Source: Spizellomyces punctatus DAOM BR117
Lineage: Eukaryota
NCBI GenBank assembly: GCA_000182565.2
Contig: KQ257474.1
Length of the DNA: 64,000 nucleotides
Direction: 5' to 3' (one strand)
Position 1 is the stretch's first letter. The number at the start of each line of letters is the position of its first letter. The notes below the pieces were generated by a model. That model had not been told where the DNA came from and made no database searches. It saw only the letters and a program-made list of their open reading frames with translations. Positions 33,601-45,481 of the stretch are shown one piece after another. The translations under genes were made by a program, and so were the position numbers.

Positions 33601-35187
33601 TTTCTGTGTGATTCTTGACCTCCAGACCGCTTCCCAGCTGGTTCCTAGCCAAGATTTTGATGCTGTTGATGTTCAGGTGTCCTAACCTGCGATGCCAGAG
33701 GTCCAAACTCATTCCAGAGGCTATGTTTGCATGTTCTCTTGCATGAAACATGTATAGACCGCCCCCTAGAGTTCCCTGGATTGCTTCCTGGCCGTCTGAA
33801 GTCTTGATACAGCATCCCTTGCTGCCAAACTCAACTTTGGCACCGTTTTCAGTGGCTCTTCTTACTGAAAACAAGTTCTTTTCAAGCTTGGGAACAAACC
33901 ACACGTCTCTGAGGGTACAGAATCGGTTTCTGCCTGTCTCAAGTGTGATCTGGCCCTTCCCTATTGCCTGAACTGTTCTGTTGTCCGCCAGATGGACTTG
34001 AATTGGTGACATCTCCATGTAATTGGTCATCCAATCCTTCCTGTGTGACATGTGCTGTGAAGCACCCGAGTCCACAATCCACCAGACTGCTCCCAGAGAG
34101 GTTTTGGTGTCATCTCCCGATTGAGCAAAGAATAGGAACTCATTCTGAGTTGCCTGACTGGTGCTGGCTTGATTGGCTTGTTGTTTGGTGTCCGCCAGAA
34201 ACTTCCTGCAGTCCTTCTTGAAGTGACCTTTCTTGTTGCAATAGAAGCACTTCCCTGCTATCTTCTTGGTCCCACCATGCTTGCCAACCTTCTGCCTATT
34301 GAAACTTAGCGCTTGGAACACTGATTTCCCGTGTAGAAATCACTTCTGAAAGACCTAGTAATGCCTGTGGCCGCTAGTAAGACTTCTGGGTGCAGTAACT
34401 TGTGGGATAACACGCTTGTATTAATCCAGAGATGTTCAAAAGTCCCCTTTATATAACCCAGTACATTCTCCAGCCTCCCTCCACCTTTGTTTACTGTTTA
34501 CATGCTTCAGCCCACTTGTTTACATGCTCAGCCGTGCTCAGCAGTGCTCAGCAGCTTCAGCCATGCCTTGGCAAACATTACCTGAAGATCTAGATCATCA
34601 CAAACCTTCCAGACCTTCTAAGAGTGCTTACATGATGATTTACCCCTTTAAATCATTCCCACACGCGTCTGTGGTCATTCTGATTACTCTAAGTCCAATT
34701 CCCCACGTTGTAACTTAGCCAAATCAGATGTGAACTGTCTAATGACATCCCAGCATGATCTCACATGATTTATAGATCATATAGCGTGGTTTAAGCCTGA
34801 ATCTCAACACAAACTAGTGGTCACATGACTTTGCTGATGGTGTCAGCATTCATTTGACCAGAATTAGATAAATAAGCAGATTTAGCCATTTCTGGCTAAA
34901 TGAGATAAGTATTCTGACACACTGGCATCTGCCCCTTTCAATCAAGTGGCACAGTGTATTTAGGATGACATGTATGAGTTCTGATTGGTTGCAAATGGTG
35001 CAATAGGCTGACAAATAGTTTAGGATGATGTGGGTGAGATCTGATTGGGTAGTTAGGATATAGCATTTGTCAGCCCCTTTGTCTATAAAAGGAGGACCTC
35101 TCTGAGGCCCCTCAAGGAAAAATAACAAGTAGTAACCAAGTCTTCCCTAGTTGACTGTTGTCTTCTTGTCCCTGCTAGCCTGTTACA
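30648..35187 (+). repeat. Family B 3' LTR, split into 30648-30704 and 34810-35187 by a Copia insertion
   Basis: Halves reconstruct 15377-15806; TSD CAAAC. Confidence 0.93.
30705..34809 (-). mobile_element. Copia family C element, internally deleted (no PBS, gag N-terminus or PPT)
   Basis: LTR 34297-34809, partial LTR 30705-31088, TSD CAAAC; ORF 31574-34321 with CCHC, DSGA, IN, YVDD. Confidence 0.92.
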
Positions 35188-38100
35188 CTATGTCTGGCTG
35201 GTCTGGTGCCCAGCATTGCATAAATGAGACTTCCAACAGCACTTCTGAAAGGAACCCCGTTCATTTCTTGCTGTTCTGCCTCAGTTTGTGGTGACATGGC
35301 CTTGGTGAGCTTCTGGCCATTCTCTAGTGGTGTGGCAACTGGTTTGCTGTTACTCATATTGAATTTCTTCAATGTTTGACCGAGGTACCGCTGTTGGGAG
35401 AGCCAGATTGACCTGTTCGCTCTGTCCCTGACCACTTGAATGCCGAGAAAATGCTCTAACTGGCCCATATCAGCCATCTTGAACTGCTTCTTGAGTTCTT
35501 CTTTGAGTTTTAACAACTCCTGGTTGTCCTTTGATGCCAGAATAAGGTCATCCACATACAGGATAAGGTGGATGCCCATCTTCTTGTTGATGTACAGCCC
35601 GTGGTCTGATTCACACCTTTCAAAGCCAAGTTCTTTGAGTTGCCCATCAATGACTTTGTTCCAGGCTCTTGGAGCTTGCTTTAGCCCATACAAACTCTTC
35701 TTCAGCTTGCAGACAAGTCCATTTGCCGTGGCAAAGCTTTCTGGTTGGTCCATGTAGATGTCCTCCTCAATGGTCCCATTCAAGAATGCTGTTTTGACAT
35801 CCATTTGGTGAATCTCCATGTCCTTCATGGCTGCTAGTGTCAGGACCGTCCTGATGGTTGCAAACTTGACTACTGGGGCAAATGTCTCCTTGTAGTCCAT
35901 TCCTTCAACTTGGGAGTATCCTTTGGCTACCAGTCTGGCCTTGTAGCGCTCTACAGAGCCATCTGACTTGAGTTTCAGCTTGAAAACCCACTTGCAGCCC
36001 ACTGTGGATCTTCCTGGTGGTAGTTTGACTAAGTCCCATGTCTGATTCTCCATCAGAGAGTCATATTCTGCTTTGACAGCTGCCTCCCACTGTTTGGCAT
36101 CATGTCTGGTCCTAGCTTCGGCCAGAGTGCTGGGTTCTTCCTGTGGAACTTCCCCAATGGTGAAGGCAAAAGCCAGATTTGACTGAGTTGGCTTTGCAAT
36201 CCACCACTCTCCCGGTGGTTTGTGAAATCTGGCACTCTTCCTGCTGAGTTCTGGCACTTCCTCAGCATCCTGGAAGTCGTCCCCATCATCTTCTGATGCT
36301 GAAGAGTTGTCTGGAGTGATGCTGGATGGTCTCTGAGTCTCTTCAACCGTCCCTAGCCCTTCTTGGTTGTCCAAGAATGAAGGCTCCCCTCCCAGAGGCA
36401 TCTGTAGCTCTTGGTCTTGCTGTGGTACACTCTGCAGTCGCTGCTGAGTGCTCCACATCAAGTTTTCATCAAAGATGACATCCCTTGACATGACAACTTG
36501 GTTCATTTCAGGTACCCACAGTCTGTAGGCCTTACTCTGAGTGCTGTAGCCGACCATGACTGCCTTCTTGGCCTTCTCATCAAGTTTTGACCGCTTTTCC
36601 TTTGGAATATGAGTGTAGGCCATGCAGCCAAACACTCTGAGGTGCTGGAGATCTGGTTTACTGCCTGTAAACTCTTGAAATGGTGTTGATTGGTTGCTGA
36701 GTGCTGCAGTGGGGCTCCTGTTCCTGAGATAGACCACTGTCATGATTGCCTCGCCCCAGAACTTGTAGCTGAGTCCACTGTGGTGCAGCATGCACCTTCC
36801 CATTTCCACCAGCATCCTGTTCATCCTCTCAGCAACACCATTCTGCTTTGGTGTGTAGGGGGTGCTGAATTGCTGCTGAATTCCCTTCAGTTTGCAGAAT
36901 TTCTTGAATTCCTCGCCCACATACTCTCCCCCATTGTCTGATCTGAGAGTTTTGATCTTCTGCCCCATGAAGTTGGTTGCCCAGGCCTCAAACTCCTTGA
37001 ATTTGCTGAGAACCTCACTCTTCTCCTTCAGAAGATAAACTGCCATCATCCTTGACTTGTCATCAATGAATGTGACAAAGTACTTTGCCCCACCATGACT
37101 TGGTGTCTTCATGGGCCCACACACATCACTGTGAACCACCCCCAGCAGTAGAGCCGCTCTAGCTGCTTCTCCCTTTGGAAAGGGACGCCTGGTGATCTTT
37201 CCAATGGCACAGGCTTCACATGGTGATGTTTCTGTGTGATTCTTGACCTCCAGACCGCTTCCCAGCTGGTTCCTAGCCAAGATTTTGATGCTGTTGATGT
37301 TCAGGTGTCCTAACCTGCGATGCCAGAGGTCCAAACTCATTCCAGAGGCTATGTTTGCATGTTCTCTTGCATGAAACATGTATAGACCGCCCCCTAGAGT
37401 TCCCTGGATTGCTTCCTGGCCGTCTGAAGTCTTGATACAGCATCCCTTGCTGCCAAACTCAACTTTGGCACCGTTTTCAGTGGCTCTTCTTACTGAAAAC
37501 AAGTTCTTTTCAAGCTTGGGAACAAACCACACATCTCTGAGGGTACAGAATCGGTTTCTGCCTGTCTCAAGTGTGATCTGGCCCTTCCCTATTGCCTGAA
37601 CTGTTCTGTTGTCCGCCAGATGGACTTGAATTGGTGACATCTCCATGTAATTGGTCATCCAATCCTTCCTGTGTGACATGTGCTGTGAAGCACCCGAGTC
37701 CACAATCCACCAGACTGCTCCCAGAGAGGTTTTGGTGTCATCTCCCGATTGAGCAAAGAATAGGAACTCATTCTGAGTTGCCTGACTGGTGCTGGCTTGA
37801 TTGGCTTGTTGTTTGGTGTCCGCCAGAAACTTCCTGCAGTCCTTCTTGAAGTGACCCTTCTTGTTGCAATAGAAGCACTTCCCTGCTATCTTCTTGGTCC
37901 CACCATGCTTGCCAACCTTCTGCCCGCCATCCCTGCTGAAAAAGGCCTTCCCTTTGCTATCTCCTTCACTCCCAGCTTCCTTCCTGCGTGTTTCTTCATG
38001 CAAAAGCCGTGATGTGAGGAATTCCAGCGTCAGAGAATCACTCCTGGCCTCCAAAGACACCACCAGCTGTTCATAACTCTCTGGTAGGCTGTAGAGTAGG

Positions 38101-38549
38101 GTGATGACTTGGTCTTCTTCACTGACTGGCGCCCCAATGGCCTCCAACTGCTGAGCCATTGTCCTGACCGTGTTTATGTGTCCCAACATGCCCCCAGTGC
38201 CGTCTTCCATCTTCAGAGTGAGGAATTTCCTCCTTAGATAGAGCCTACTGGCAATTCCCTTCCTTTGGTGGATGTCACTGAGCTTTAACCAGGCCTCCTT
38301 TGCAGTTACAGCGGTCTGTACATGCATGAGTTGGGCATCACTCAGTGACAGAGCAATTACTGCCATTGCCCGCTCATCCCTTCTCCTCCAATCCTTCTCA
38401 GAGGTTCCCTCCATGCTCTCATCCCCCTCAATCACACCCCACAGCCCCTTTTCCTTCAGCAACAGCATCATTTTGAACTTCCAGAGGTGGTAGTTCACAC
38501 CATTGAACTTTTCCATCGTGAGTTTGGTGTCCAAGTCCATGTTTGACAT
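35188..38549 (-). CDS. Copia gag-pol polyprotein (truncated in late RT)
   Basis: NYHLWKFKM, CFYCNKKGHFKKDC, IVDSGA, WHRRLGH, HSDVCGP, SDNGGEY, KARLVAKG, QMDVKTAFL, YVDD. Confidence 0.93.
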
Positions 38550-38714
38550 GTCTGAGCTGATTTGGTGAGTGGATTTGTTGTTGGGGAAGAGGTGAAATCA
38601 TTCTGGTATGGTAGGTGGTCCAAATATGAGGTTGGGAAGAAGATAGGTCCGTCAGGAAGATGGTGTGGCCATCAGAAAAGAGATTTGAAGCAGGAAAATA
38701 TCAGTGACAGCTAT

Positions 38715-38728
38715 CAGGGCTCATAACC
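38715..38728 (-). promoter_or_regulatory. Half-tRNA (initiator Met anticodon-loop) primer-binding site
   Basis: GGTTATGAGCCCTG directly after the LTR, as in copia/Ty5. Confidence 0.85.
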
Positions 38729-39240
38729 TATTGAACTTAGCGCTTGGAACACTGATTTCCCGTGTAGAAATCACTTCTGAAAGGCCTAGTAATGCCTGTG
38801 GCCGCTAGTAAGACTTCTGGGTCCAGTAACTTGTGGGATAACACGCTTGTATTAATCCAGAGATGTTCAAAAGCCCCCTTTATATAACCCAGTACATTCT
38901 CCAGCCTCCCTCCGCCTTTGTTTACTGTTTACATGCTTCAGCCCACTTGTTTACATGCTCAGCCATGCTCAGCAGTGCTCAGCATCTTCAGCCATGCCTT
39001 GGCAAACATTACCTGAAGATCTAGATCATCACAAACCTTCCAGACCTTCTAAGAGTGCTTACATGATGATTTACCCCTTTAAATCATTCCCACACGCGTC
39101 TGTGGTCATTCTGATTACTCTAAGTCCAATTCCCCACGTTGTAACTTAGCCAAATCAGATGTGAACTGTCTAATGACATCCCAGCATGATCTCACATGAT
39201 TTATAGATCATATAGCGTGGTTTAAGCCTGAATCTCAACA
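38729..39240 (-). repeat. Copia family C 5' LTR
   Basis: Matches 16019-16523 and 34297-34809. Confidence 0.95.
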
Positions 39241-39932
39241 TGAGGTAGGCAAATATTTGTGGGCCTCCCATATTTATAACCTTCTATAAGATATAAGATA
39301 TATAAAATAAACAGCTTTTCTATAATATAACTAGAGTATAATATAGCTTAATCTACCTGGTCACCTGATAACACTAATATCTATAAGTAGCTCAAGTACA
39401 ATACTATTATATGCACATTAGACAAGCCCAATTACCCTCCCTTTTTACAGTATTTGTTTCTAACAACAGAGAGAGGCAAGTTGCAGCAGGCAGACATACC
39501 CAAGAGGAACATTATAGCCTAACTCTAGCTTTCCTACTACTAGCTTTTTGTTAATCAAAACCTGGCCACATGAAGTCTGGACTAATTTCTCATGTGTTCA
39601 CCACCAAAATCCACCTCACCTCTCACCCCCACAGGAATGTGGTGAAGAAAGAATTTTGGCTTCTGTTACACTATGGTGGAGTCCCATGTGGGTGTTGGTG
39701 GTTTCTCAAATTTACCATGAGACCATTGGTTTTTGAAATGCAATTAATTGGTGTGAGTAAGTATGATCTTTCTCTTGACAAATCTGCCATTATCCAGCAT
39801 AGCTGCATGCACAAGCCACTCAGCTCATGTCTGCTGCCATTATGGAGAGAGGACATCAATGGTGATAGCTTTGTAGAAAGTGTAAATCTATTATGTGAAA
39901 TGGAGCTTTGAAAACTGCGCTGTAAATCTATT

Positions 39933-41075
39933 CTAGAAAATGAAGGGTACCACTCTTTTCCAGCCTTTCGGTAGTTTATCTCCAAACCGGTGCTTATACC
40001 ATTTCCATTGCTGGTCAGCAGCTACTCCCAAGTCTACGACTACCCAAACTATATTTAGGATGCACGTCAAATTACGCCATCTTGTCAGTGCACCGAAGCT
40101 GATATAGATGATCACTTCGAAAAGGTAATGAGGACAGGCAACATAATTAAACCATTCTCCACGCGGCAGGTTGTAGGAAGGTATTGATGAGACAGCGCCG
40201 GGCGATGGCGTCGCTGGACGTAGTGTTGCAAGATGAACATGTACTTTGTACTGCTGGACTGACGCCCAGACGAATAGTAGTAAAGCAAGTATGTGATGCA
40301 TACATAAGTTTGCGGTAATGTGCAAGAGAATGCTTTGAGATTCTTGTACAGGGTTTTCAAGGATTAACCAAGAGTTGCGTTTTGGGATAAGCCATGATTG
40401 GTACTCACCCATACGACCCCAATCTTCAACAGCACTCCAGCCCTCAATACCAACCGCGATTGGTGTCACGAGGTAGTAAAGCAGTCCCACTACGTAGTGT
40501 GCTGCATGCATTCTCGCGCTGCTAGGTTTTGCAATAAAAGAGCACTCGTATAGTCGTCTGATCATTTGAATAATCATCATGAAGGAAGCGATAAAGACCT
40601 CTAATGGAGCTACATATGTGGAGTCCATTATGAATTCCAGGTGCGACTTTGGCAGGGACACAAAGAAAGACGCCAAAGAGCCCCGACAGTGTCCCGACGC
40701 CGTTGAAACCGGGCAATCATGACTAGCCAACAGTGCGATCTCCCAGAGACCCCACAGTGACCAAGCTAATCCTAACGTGTAGAAATGGCTGAAAAAAGAT
40801 TTTGGGACCGAGAGTGAGTCTCTTAGAAAGACGAGAGCCCAATTGTCATTATCACGGGCTTTTTGAGAAAGAGTGGCCGCTTGCGGCACGCTGTCGTGGG
40901 TATTGGGGTCGCGAACAAGCGACTTTCCATAAGGTAAAAGAGCCAGTCGCAGGAAGGGAATCGTGCAACACAACAGAACGGATACCGATGCAAGAATATA
41001 GAATGCCCGGCAGAAGATTATCGCGAGAGTATAGTCTGCGTTGTCATCGCTGCGGGTCACGATCGCGGTGGGCAT
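39933..41075 (-). CDS. DFG10: Polyprenol reductase / steroid 5-alpha-reductase family (possible in-frame intron near 40340-40410)
   Basis: VPKSFFSHFY, RRLYEC, PRGEWFNYVACPHYLFE, hydrophobic helices. Confidence 0.8.
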   Translation of the reverse strand: MPTAIVTRSDDNADYTLAIIFCRAFYILASVSVLLCCTIPFLRLALLPYGKSLVRDPNTHDSVPQAATLSQKARDNDNWALVFLRDSLSVPKSFFSHFYTLGLAWSLWGLWEIALLASHDCPVSTASGHCRGSLASFFVSLPKSHLEFIMDSTYVAPLEVFIASFMMIIQMIRRLYECSFIAKPSSARMHAAHYVVGLLYYLVTPIAVGIEGWSAVEDWGRMGEYQSWLIPKRNSWLILENPVQESQSILLHITANLCMHHILALLLFVWASVQQYKVHVHLATLRPATPSPGAVSSIPSYNLPRGEWFNYVACPHYLFEVIIYISFGALTRWRNLTCILNIVWVVVDLGVAADQQWKWYKHRFGDKLPKGWKRVVPFIF

Positions 41076-41882
41076 TTGCGCCAGATCGTGAGGCCATGAC
41101 GGCCAGCGGAAACAGAGTCAAGTGCACGTGACCGAAACTCTCAAGGAGTGTTAGGTAATTACCTGCGCCACATCGGGGATGGTCTTATTCATCCATCCTC
41201 ACAAATCTGGGAGCATCTCGAGGCTCAATCACATATTTTAAGGAACTAGGTTTCTTTGGAACCACGAGCATCAAGATCGCGGGCACGTTGATGCATGGTT
41301 AGACTGACCAGATATCCCCTCGTCATGGAACTTCCAGAACCTGGTCAGCGCTATGATCTCTGCTGAGGGTCTTTGTTTATACTTTTGCGCTTCTCGGAGA
41401 ATAAAAAATCCAGGCCAGCAGCGAATGCATTGTTAATGTAGGATACACAAACCCGTGGCGATTCGTCGTGCTGTCCCTTGTGACATGCATTCGCCGAGGC
41501 ATCTGATCCTTACCCATTTCATGCAACTGCCGGTCCGTTGCAGCACGGGGATTTTCAATCCATTTTTCCATCAGTCCTAGCAGCTGCTTCATTGAGCTCT
41601 GTACTTCCACTTTGCGACCTATCTGAGCTGCCTTTAACTGTTTAAATCGCAGCAGCACCAGAGGTCTTCAGTCCGACCAGCCCCCACGGCCCTTGTCCGC
41701 CAAAATATGAAAACACCTGCTACTCACATACAGTCAGCAGTTGTAATGCCACATGCTACAGCAACCGAAGCAGCAAAAGCACAGACGAGGCTGACGCCTC
41801 TGGCACCAAAACTGGAAATTCACGACGTGAGTATCTGTAATGATGTCCGTCAATGTTACAATTCCGCCAGCTTATTCCAGGC

Positions 41883-43709
41883 ATGTTAAAGGCATACCAG
41901 CCGCGGACGGCAGTGGTCCCAGGGATGTCCGTTATGGACGCCTACGCTCAAGTTGCCCAAATGCAGATGGCAGCAGCCGCTGCTGCTTTGGCCGGCGCAC
42001 CCAACGTTCAATCTGCACCCCATATGGCCCGAAAACGAACCAGCAGCGATGGGAACGCCACGGCAATGCAGATGCCATATGGAGCATCTCCGTATTTGTG
42101 GACAACTCAAATGTATGATCCGATGACTACAGCAATCGCTGCAGACCCCGGCGCTGTTGCGGCCCATTTCCAGGCCCAACAGGCTGCGGCGGCCGCACAG
42201 TACATGTATGCACCGATGATAATGCCGGGGATGAACATACCACATGGAGCGATCTCTGAACAGCATGTGAACGGAGAGCATTCGTATCTTCATCATGGCG
42301 AAGCCCCGCTTTCTCCGCATAAAAAGGCCAAAACGGGAGGCAAAGCATTTTCTAAGGACGCAAACAATGCAAACGGATCCGGTCAAAATGGCCGAGGCAA
42401 ATATTCTCTGCGGCAAAGACTGAAGTTAAGGGTTCAGCAACGAGAAGAATTAGAAGGTCTTTTGAAACAAGGAGGCAGAAGCAGGTCTCCTAAGAACAGT
42501 CCCATGTCGGCAGATGGCAGGCATCCTCATGGAGGCCACAATGATTTGTCACTCACTCCCGAAAACCGTGCGGCTCTTCGCACCAACATCCAGAAACGGC
42601 TAAAGCTTCGTATGCTTGTGAAAGGCACCTTGTCCCCGGAAGAAGCGAATCTTTCACCAGAAGACATACAAGAGATTAGTTCACAAATACCCCTCCCAGG
42701 GTCTTTCGACCCAGTTGTCGCTGCTGCATCCGTTCAACAACATCAACAGCACCGGCAGCAGCAACAGCAACAGCAACAGCAGCAACAACAGCATCAACTC
42801 GCTCAGCTGCAGATGTTGCAACAATCTGCCATGTATGCGCAGGGCATGATGCCCTACACGGTCCCATACGGTTATCAAGTTGTCTATCCTTATAGCGGAA
42901 TGCCAATGCCACTCCCGGCAATGCAAAATCAGATGAGTGAAGGTCAAGTACCTATGGGTCATATGCAAATCTATGCCCACCATCAAGAACAACATCATTC
43001 GATACAGAATGACCAGCCTAATTCACACGAAAACTCCAGCTCAGCGCCGACTCATTCCCAAGAGGCGTCCCCAGATCACCCTCACTCTCTAAGTCAAGAT
43101 GTCACCATGACTGACGCCCCGCAAGACCACGATCAGGATACCACAGTTGTCCCAGCATATTACCCAACTGCCGATCGTCGGTTCTCGTGGACGCTGCCGT
43201 TTCCGGGTGATACTCGACGGTTCTCATTTTCTCTGCTTTCCAACCAACTTTTCCCTTTCCCTTCTCACGGTTTTGTCATCTCTCCTTCCAATTTTGAAGA
43301 AGAAAAGCAGGAGGGTGAGCGAGCACCCGCTGGCCGAGGCGAACAAGAAAACGACCAACGAATATCCGACTCGGCGGACGCTGGTACACCACTCAATATG
43401 CCAACGCTTACCCTACCCGCAAACGCTGCATCACCTACCATTTCACCCACCTCTCCACCACCCTCTTCGTCACCCGTTCACTCTCCGACCAATGTCGACA
43501 GCAATAACAATGCTGGCCACCAGAAACCGAATTCACCAAAACCAAATGACACAGATTTTTCAAAGTCCAAGGGTACAAGCCCTCAGGCGGCAGAACCTCT
43601 TGTTTCACCGGCGCCGGCAGGTCCGTTCGTCGGTGCTCCAGCGTGGTGGGGCTGGCAGTCGTTCACCTTACCAGCAGATGCCTTGTTGCCGAATGGACCA
43701 CCAGAGTGA
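41883..43709 (+). CDS. Hypothetical Q/A/M/P/S-rich low-complexity protein (start uncertain; likely upstream intron 41827-41880)
   Basis: ~610-codon ORF, polyQ tract, basic RLKLR motifs. Confidence 0.7.
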   Translation: MLKAYQPRTAVVPGMSVMDAYAQVAQMQMAAAAAALAGAPNVQSAPHMARKRTSSDGNATAMQMPYGASPYLWTTQMYDPMTTAIAADPGAVAAHFQAQQAAAAAQYMYAPMIMPGMNIPHGAISEQHVNGEHSYLHHGEAPLSPHKKAKTGGKAFSKDANNANGSGQNGRGKYSLRQRLKLRVQQREELEGLLKQGGRSRSPKNSPMSADGRHPHGGHNDLSLTPENRAALRTNIQKRLKLRMLVKGTLSPEEANLSPEDIQEISSQIPLPGSFDPVVAAASVQQHQQHRQQQQQQQQQQQQHQLAQLQMLQQSAMYAQGMMPYTVPYGYQVVYPYSGMPMPLPAMQNQMSEGQVPMGHMQIYAHHQEQHHSIQNDQPNSHENSSSAPTHSQEASPDHPHSLSQDVTMTDAPQDHDQDTTVVPAYYPTADRRFSWTLPFPGDTRRFSFSLLSNQLFPFPSHGFVISPSNFEEEKQEGERAPAGRGEQENDQRISDSADAGTPLNMPTLTLPANAASPTISPTSPPPSSSPVHSPTNVDSNNNAGHQKPNSPKPNDTDFSKSKGTSPQAAEPLVSPAPAGPFVGAPAWWGWQSFTLPADALLPNGPPE

Positions 43710-44031
43710 GGATTTTGTAGGTCGGCCATTAAGCGATGATGATAATCGAGAAAATTCTGAGTGCGGGAAATGCAATAAACTCTTTATCTTGTTAAGTAGT
43801 GTACGGCCTGCTGCAGGTCCTTTTCTGATGTTTGTTGTTGGGAAGAGCTTAGTTGTAATCAATGTTCATGTTATTCCTCATATGTGCGGGTTCTGAGGAG
43901 GTTTTTTGGCTCCATTTCTAATATGTAGCATTATTCTACCGGGGAAAAATTACAGAATATACGCATGAGGTAATTAAGATAAACATATAAATAGGAGATC
44001 TACAGTAATATTGATCTTGAAATCGCCTCGG

Positions 44032-45481
44032 TCATGTCTGTTCAGCCATCGCCAACAACTCGTCTCCGGAGAACGATGGTGGTCTCTCCGGCCTCTCAGC
44101 CTCAATCTTCCTAATCATTTTGTCTATAGCACTGTTCATGGGGGTGCTGACGCCATGCTCTTCCGCAAGTTTCAGAATCTCGCCATTAAGGTAGGCAATC
44201 TCCGTCGGACGTTTCAATAAGAGGTCGTCGTACTTTTTGTTTACCAGAGGCGGTCATTAGTGCTTATTACTATGAATGAATCACATATTGCACGCCGCCG
44301 TCACATACCATTGAGGACATTGCCCGCTCATCAATTCCTAATACTGCGGAGGCAATTTGGAAGAAGATCCAATCCGGAAGTCGTAGAATATATGGTACAA
44401 CCCACATGGGGAACGTGAAGAAGGATAATGGCTTTATGTTGGCCACACGATAGCACGCCAATGCTTCATCAATACACCGCGCAAGAACGAGACGGTGCGA
44501 TCGATCCGACTGGGAAAGTGGGGGAGTGAATTAGAGTACCGCACCTCCGGACCTGATGCAGGGAACTTACCAGTTGCGTTCGCAGAGGAACACCACTCAG
44601 CGCATTTGTAGCCTGAACCATTACGCACATTAGTCTTTTCATAGGGCTACGATATTGCTTTGCTCAGGCTCAGGGTACCCACATTCATTAGGTTTAACAG
44701 TAATTTGCCATACAGGATGCCTGCATCGTGCAACAATATTGTAAGTCGGTCGTATAGTACTTTCCCCAATGTCATTTTCACCTCCAGGTACCTTTGATGT
44801 CTGTCGTGAGTTGTGTCGGCATACCAGCCTCAATAAACACTTGAGCAAGCGTCGACGCCTCCTCTCCATCCTCCAGGTGAATTGGTCCAATCGATGCTTG
44901 ATGAAAGTGTCCCCCAGGAAGATGGACAATATTCGTGGGAAACATGCCAGTAATAACCATTGTATTTGGCATATGCTTGCGAATCACTTCCGCATTTTGA
45001 ATACCATTTTGAAGTGTTACAACCTGCAGTAGGGTTACAAAAAGAGTCTGAAGATGACAAAGTTGGTGACCATACCACAACTTTTCCGTCCAAATGCTTA
45101 AAGCTCTGCACGGCTTCCTCTGTTGCATGGGCCTTGACCGTCAAGAATAAAAAGTCTATCACCACCTCTTCCTCAGACTGCACCAGTTCGGATATGTCAG
45201 TCAGAAATTGAACTTCGTCCGCTTGAATGCTAAATGTGTGATTGTAAAAGTCGGAAACGGTTAAAGCACCGGCGTCTTCCAGTTCTTTCCGGAGCCAGGT
45301 TCTGCCGACCCAGCAAACCTGACAGCCAGCGAGGTGCAAAAACGCCTACATGTACAGAAAGTGTTACAACCGCGCTCCACCAATGTGATGCAACTGCCTA
45401 CCGGCAGCAATGCAACAGCAAGAGACATACCCCCACGTAGAGCCCAACATTCCCTGCTCCAACAATTGCAATACGAGCCAT
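44032..45481 (-). CDS. 2-dehydropantoate 2-reductase (ApbA/PanE family), multi-exon
   Basis: MARIAIVGAGNVG, LTVKA, TLQNG, MSSM, TEIAYLNGEI. Confidence 0.85.

Larger units (their letters stand above)
15377..35187 (+). mobile_element. Ty3/Gypsy chromovirus-like family B element (~6.4 kb net) hosting three nested insertions
   Basis: 5' LTR 15377-15806, PBS, gag, pol, PPT 30636-30647, split 3' LTR. Confidence 0.92.
35188..39240 (-). mobile_element. Copia family C element, 5' part (LTR, PBS, gag-PR-IN-RT), cut by the B LTR
   Basis: 5' LTR 38729-39240; 1124-aa ORF. Confidence 0.95.

Noticed and set aside
34297-34321. LTR-initiated fusion protein (MFQALSFN…) of the deleted Copia
   Set aside because: The 'start' is GTG, not ATG; the in-frame join is probably incidental
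41707-41826. Coding first exon for the Q-rich gene
   Set aside because: Splicing 41827-41880 puts this ATG out of frame with the long ORF
43147-43896. 249-aa overlapping ORF
   Set aside because: Alternative frame of the 618-codon ORF, non-ATG start, no motifs
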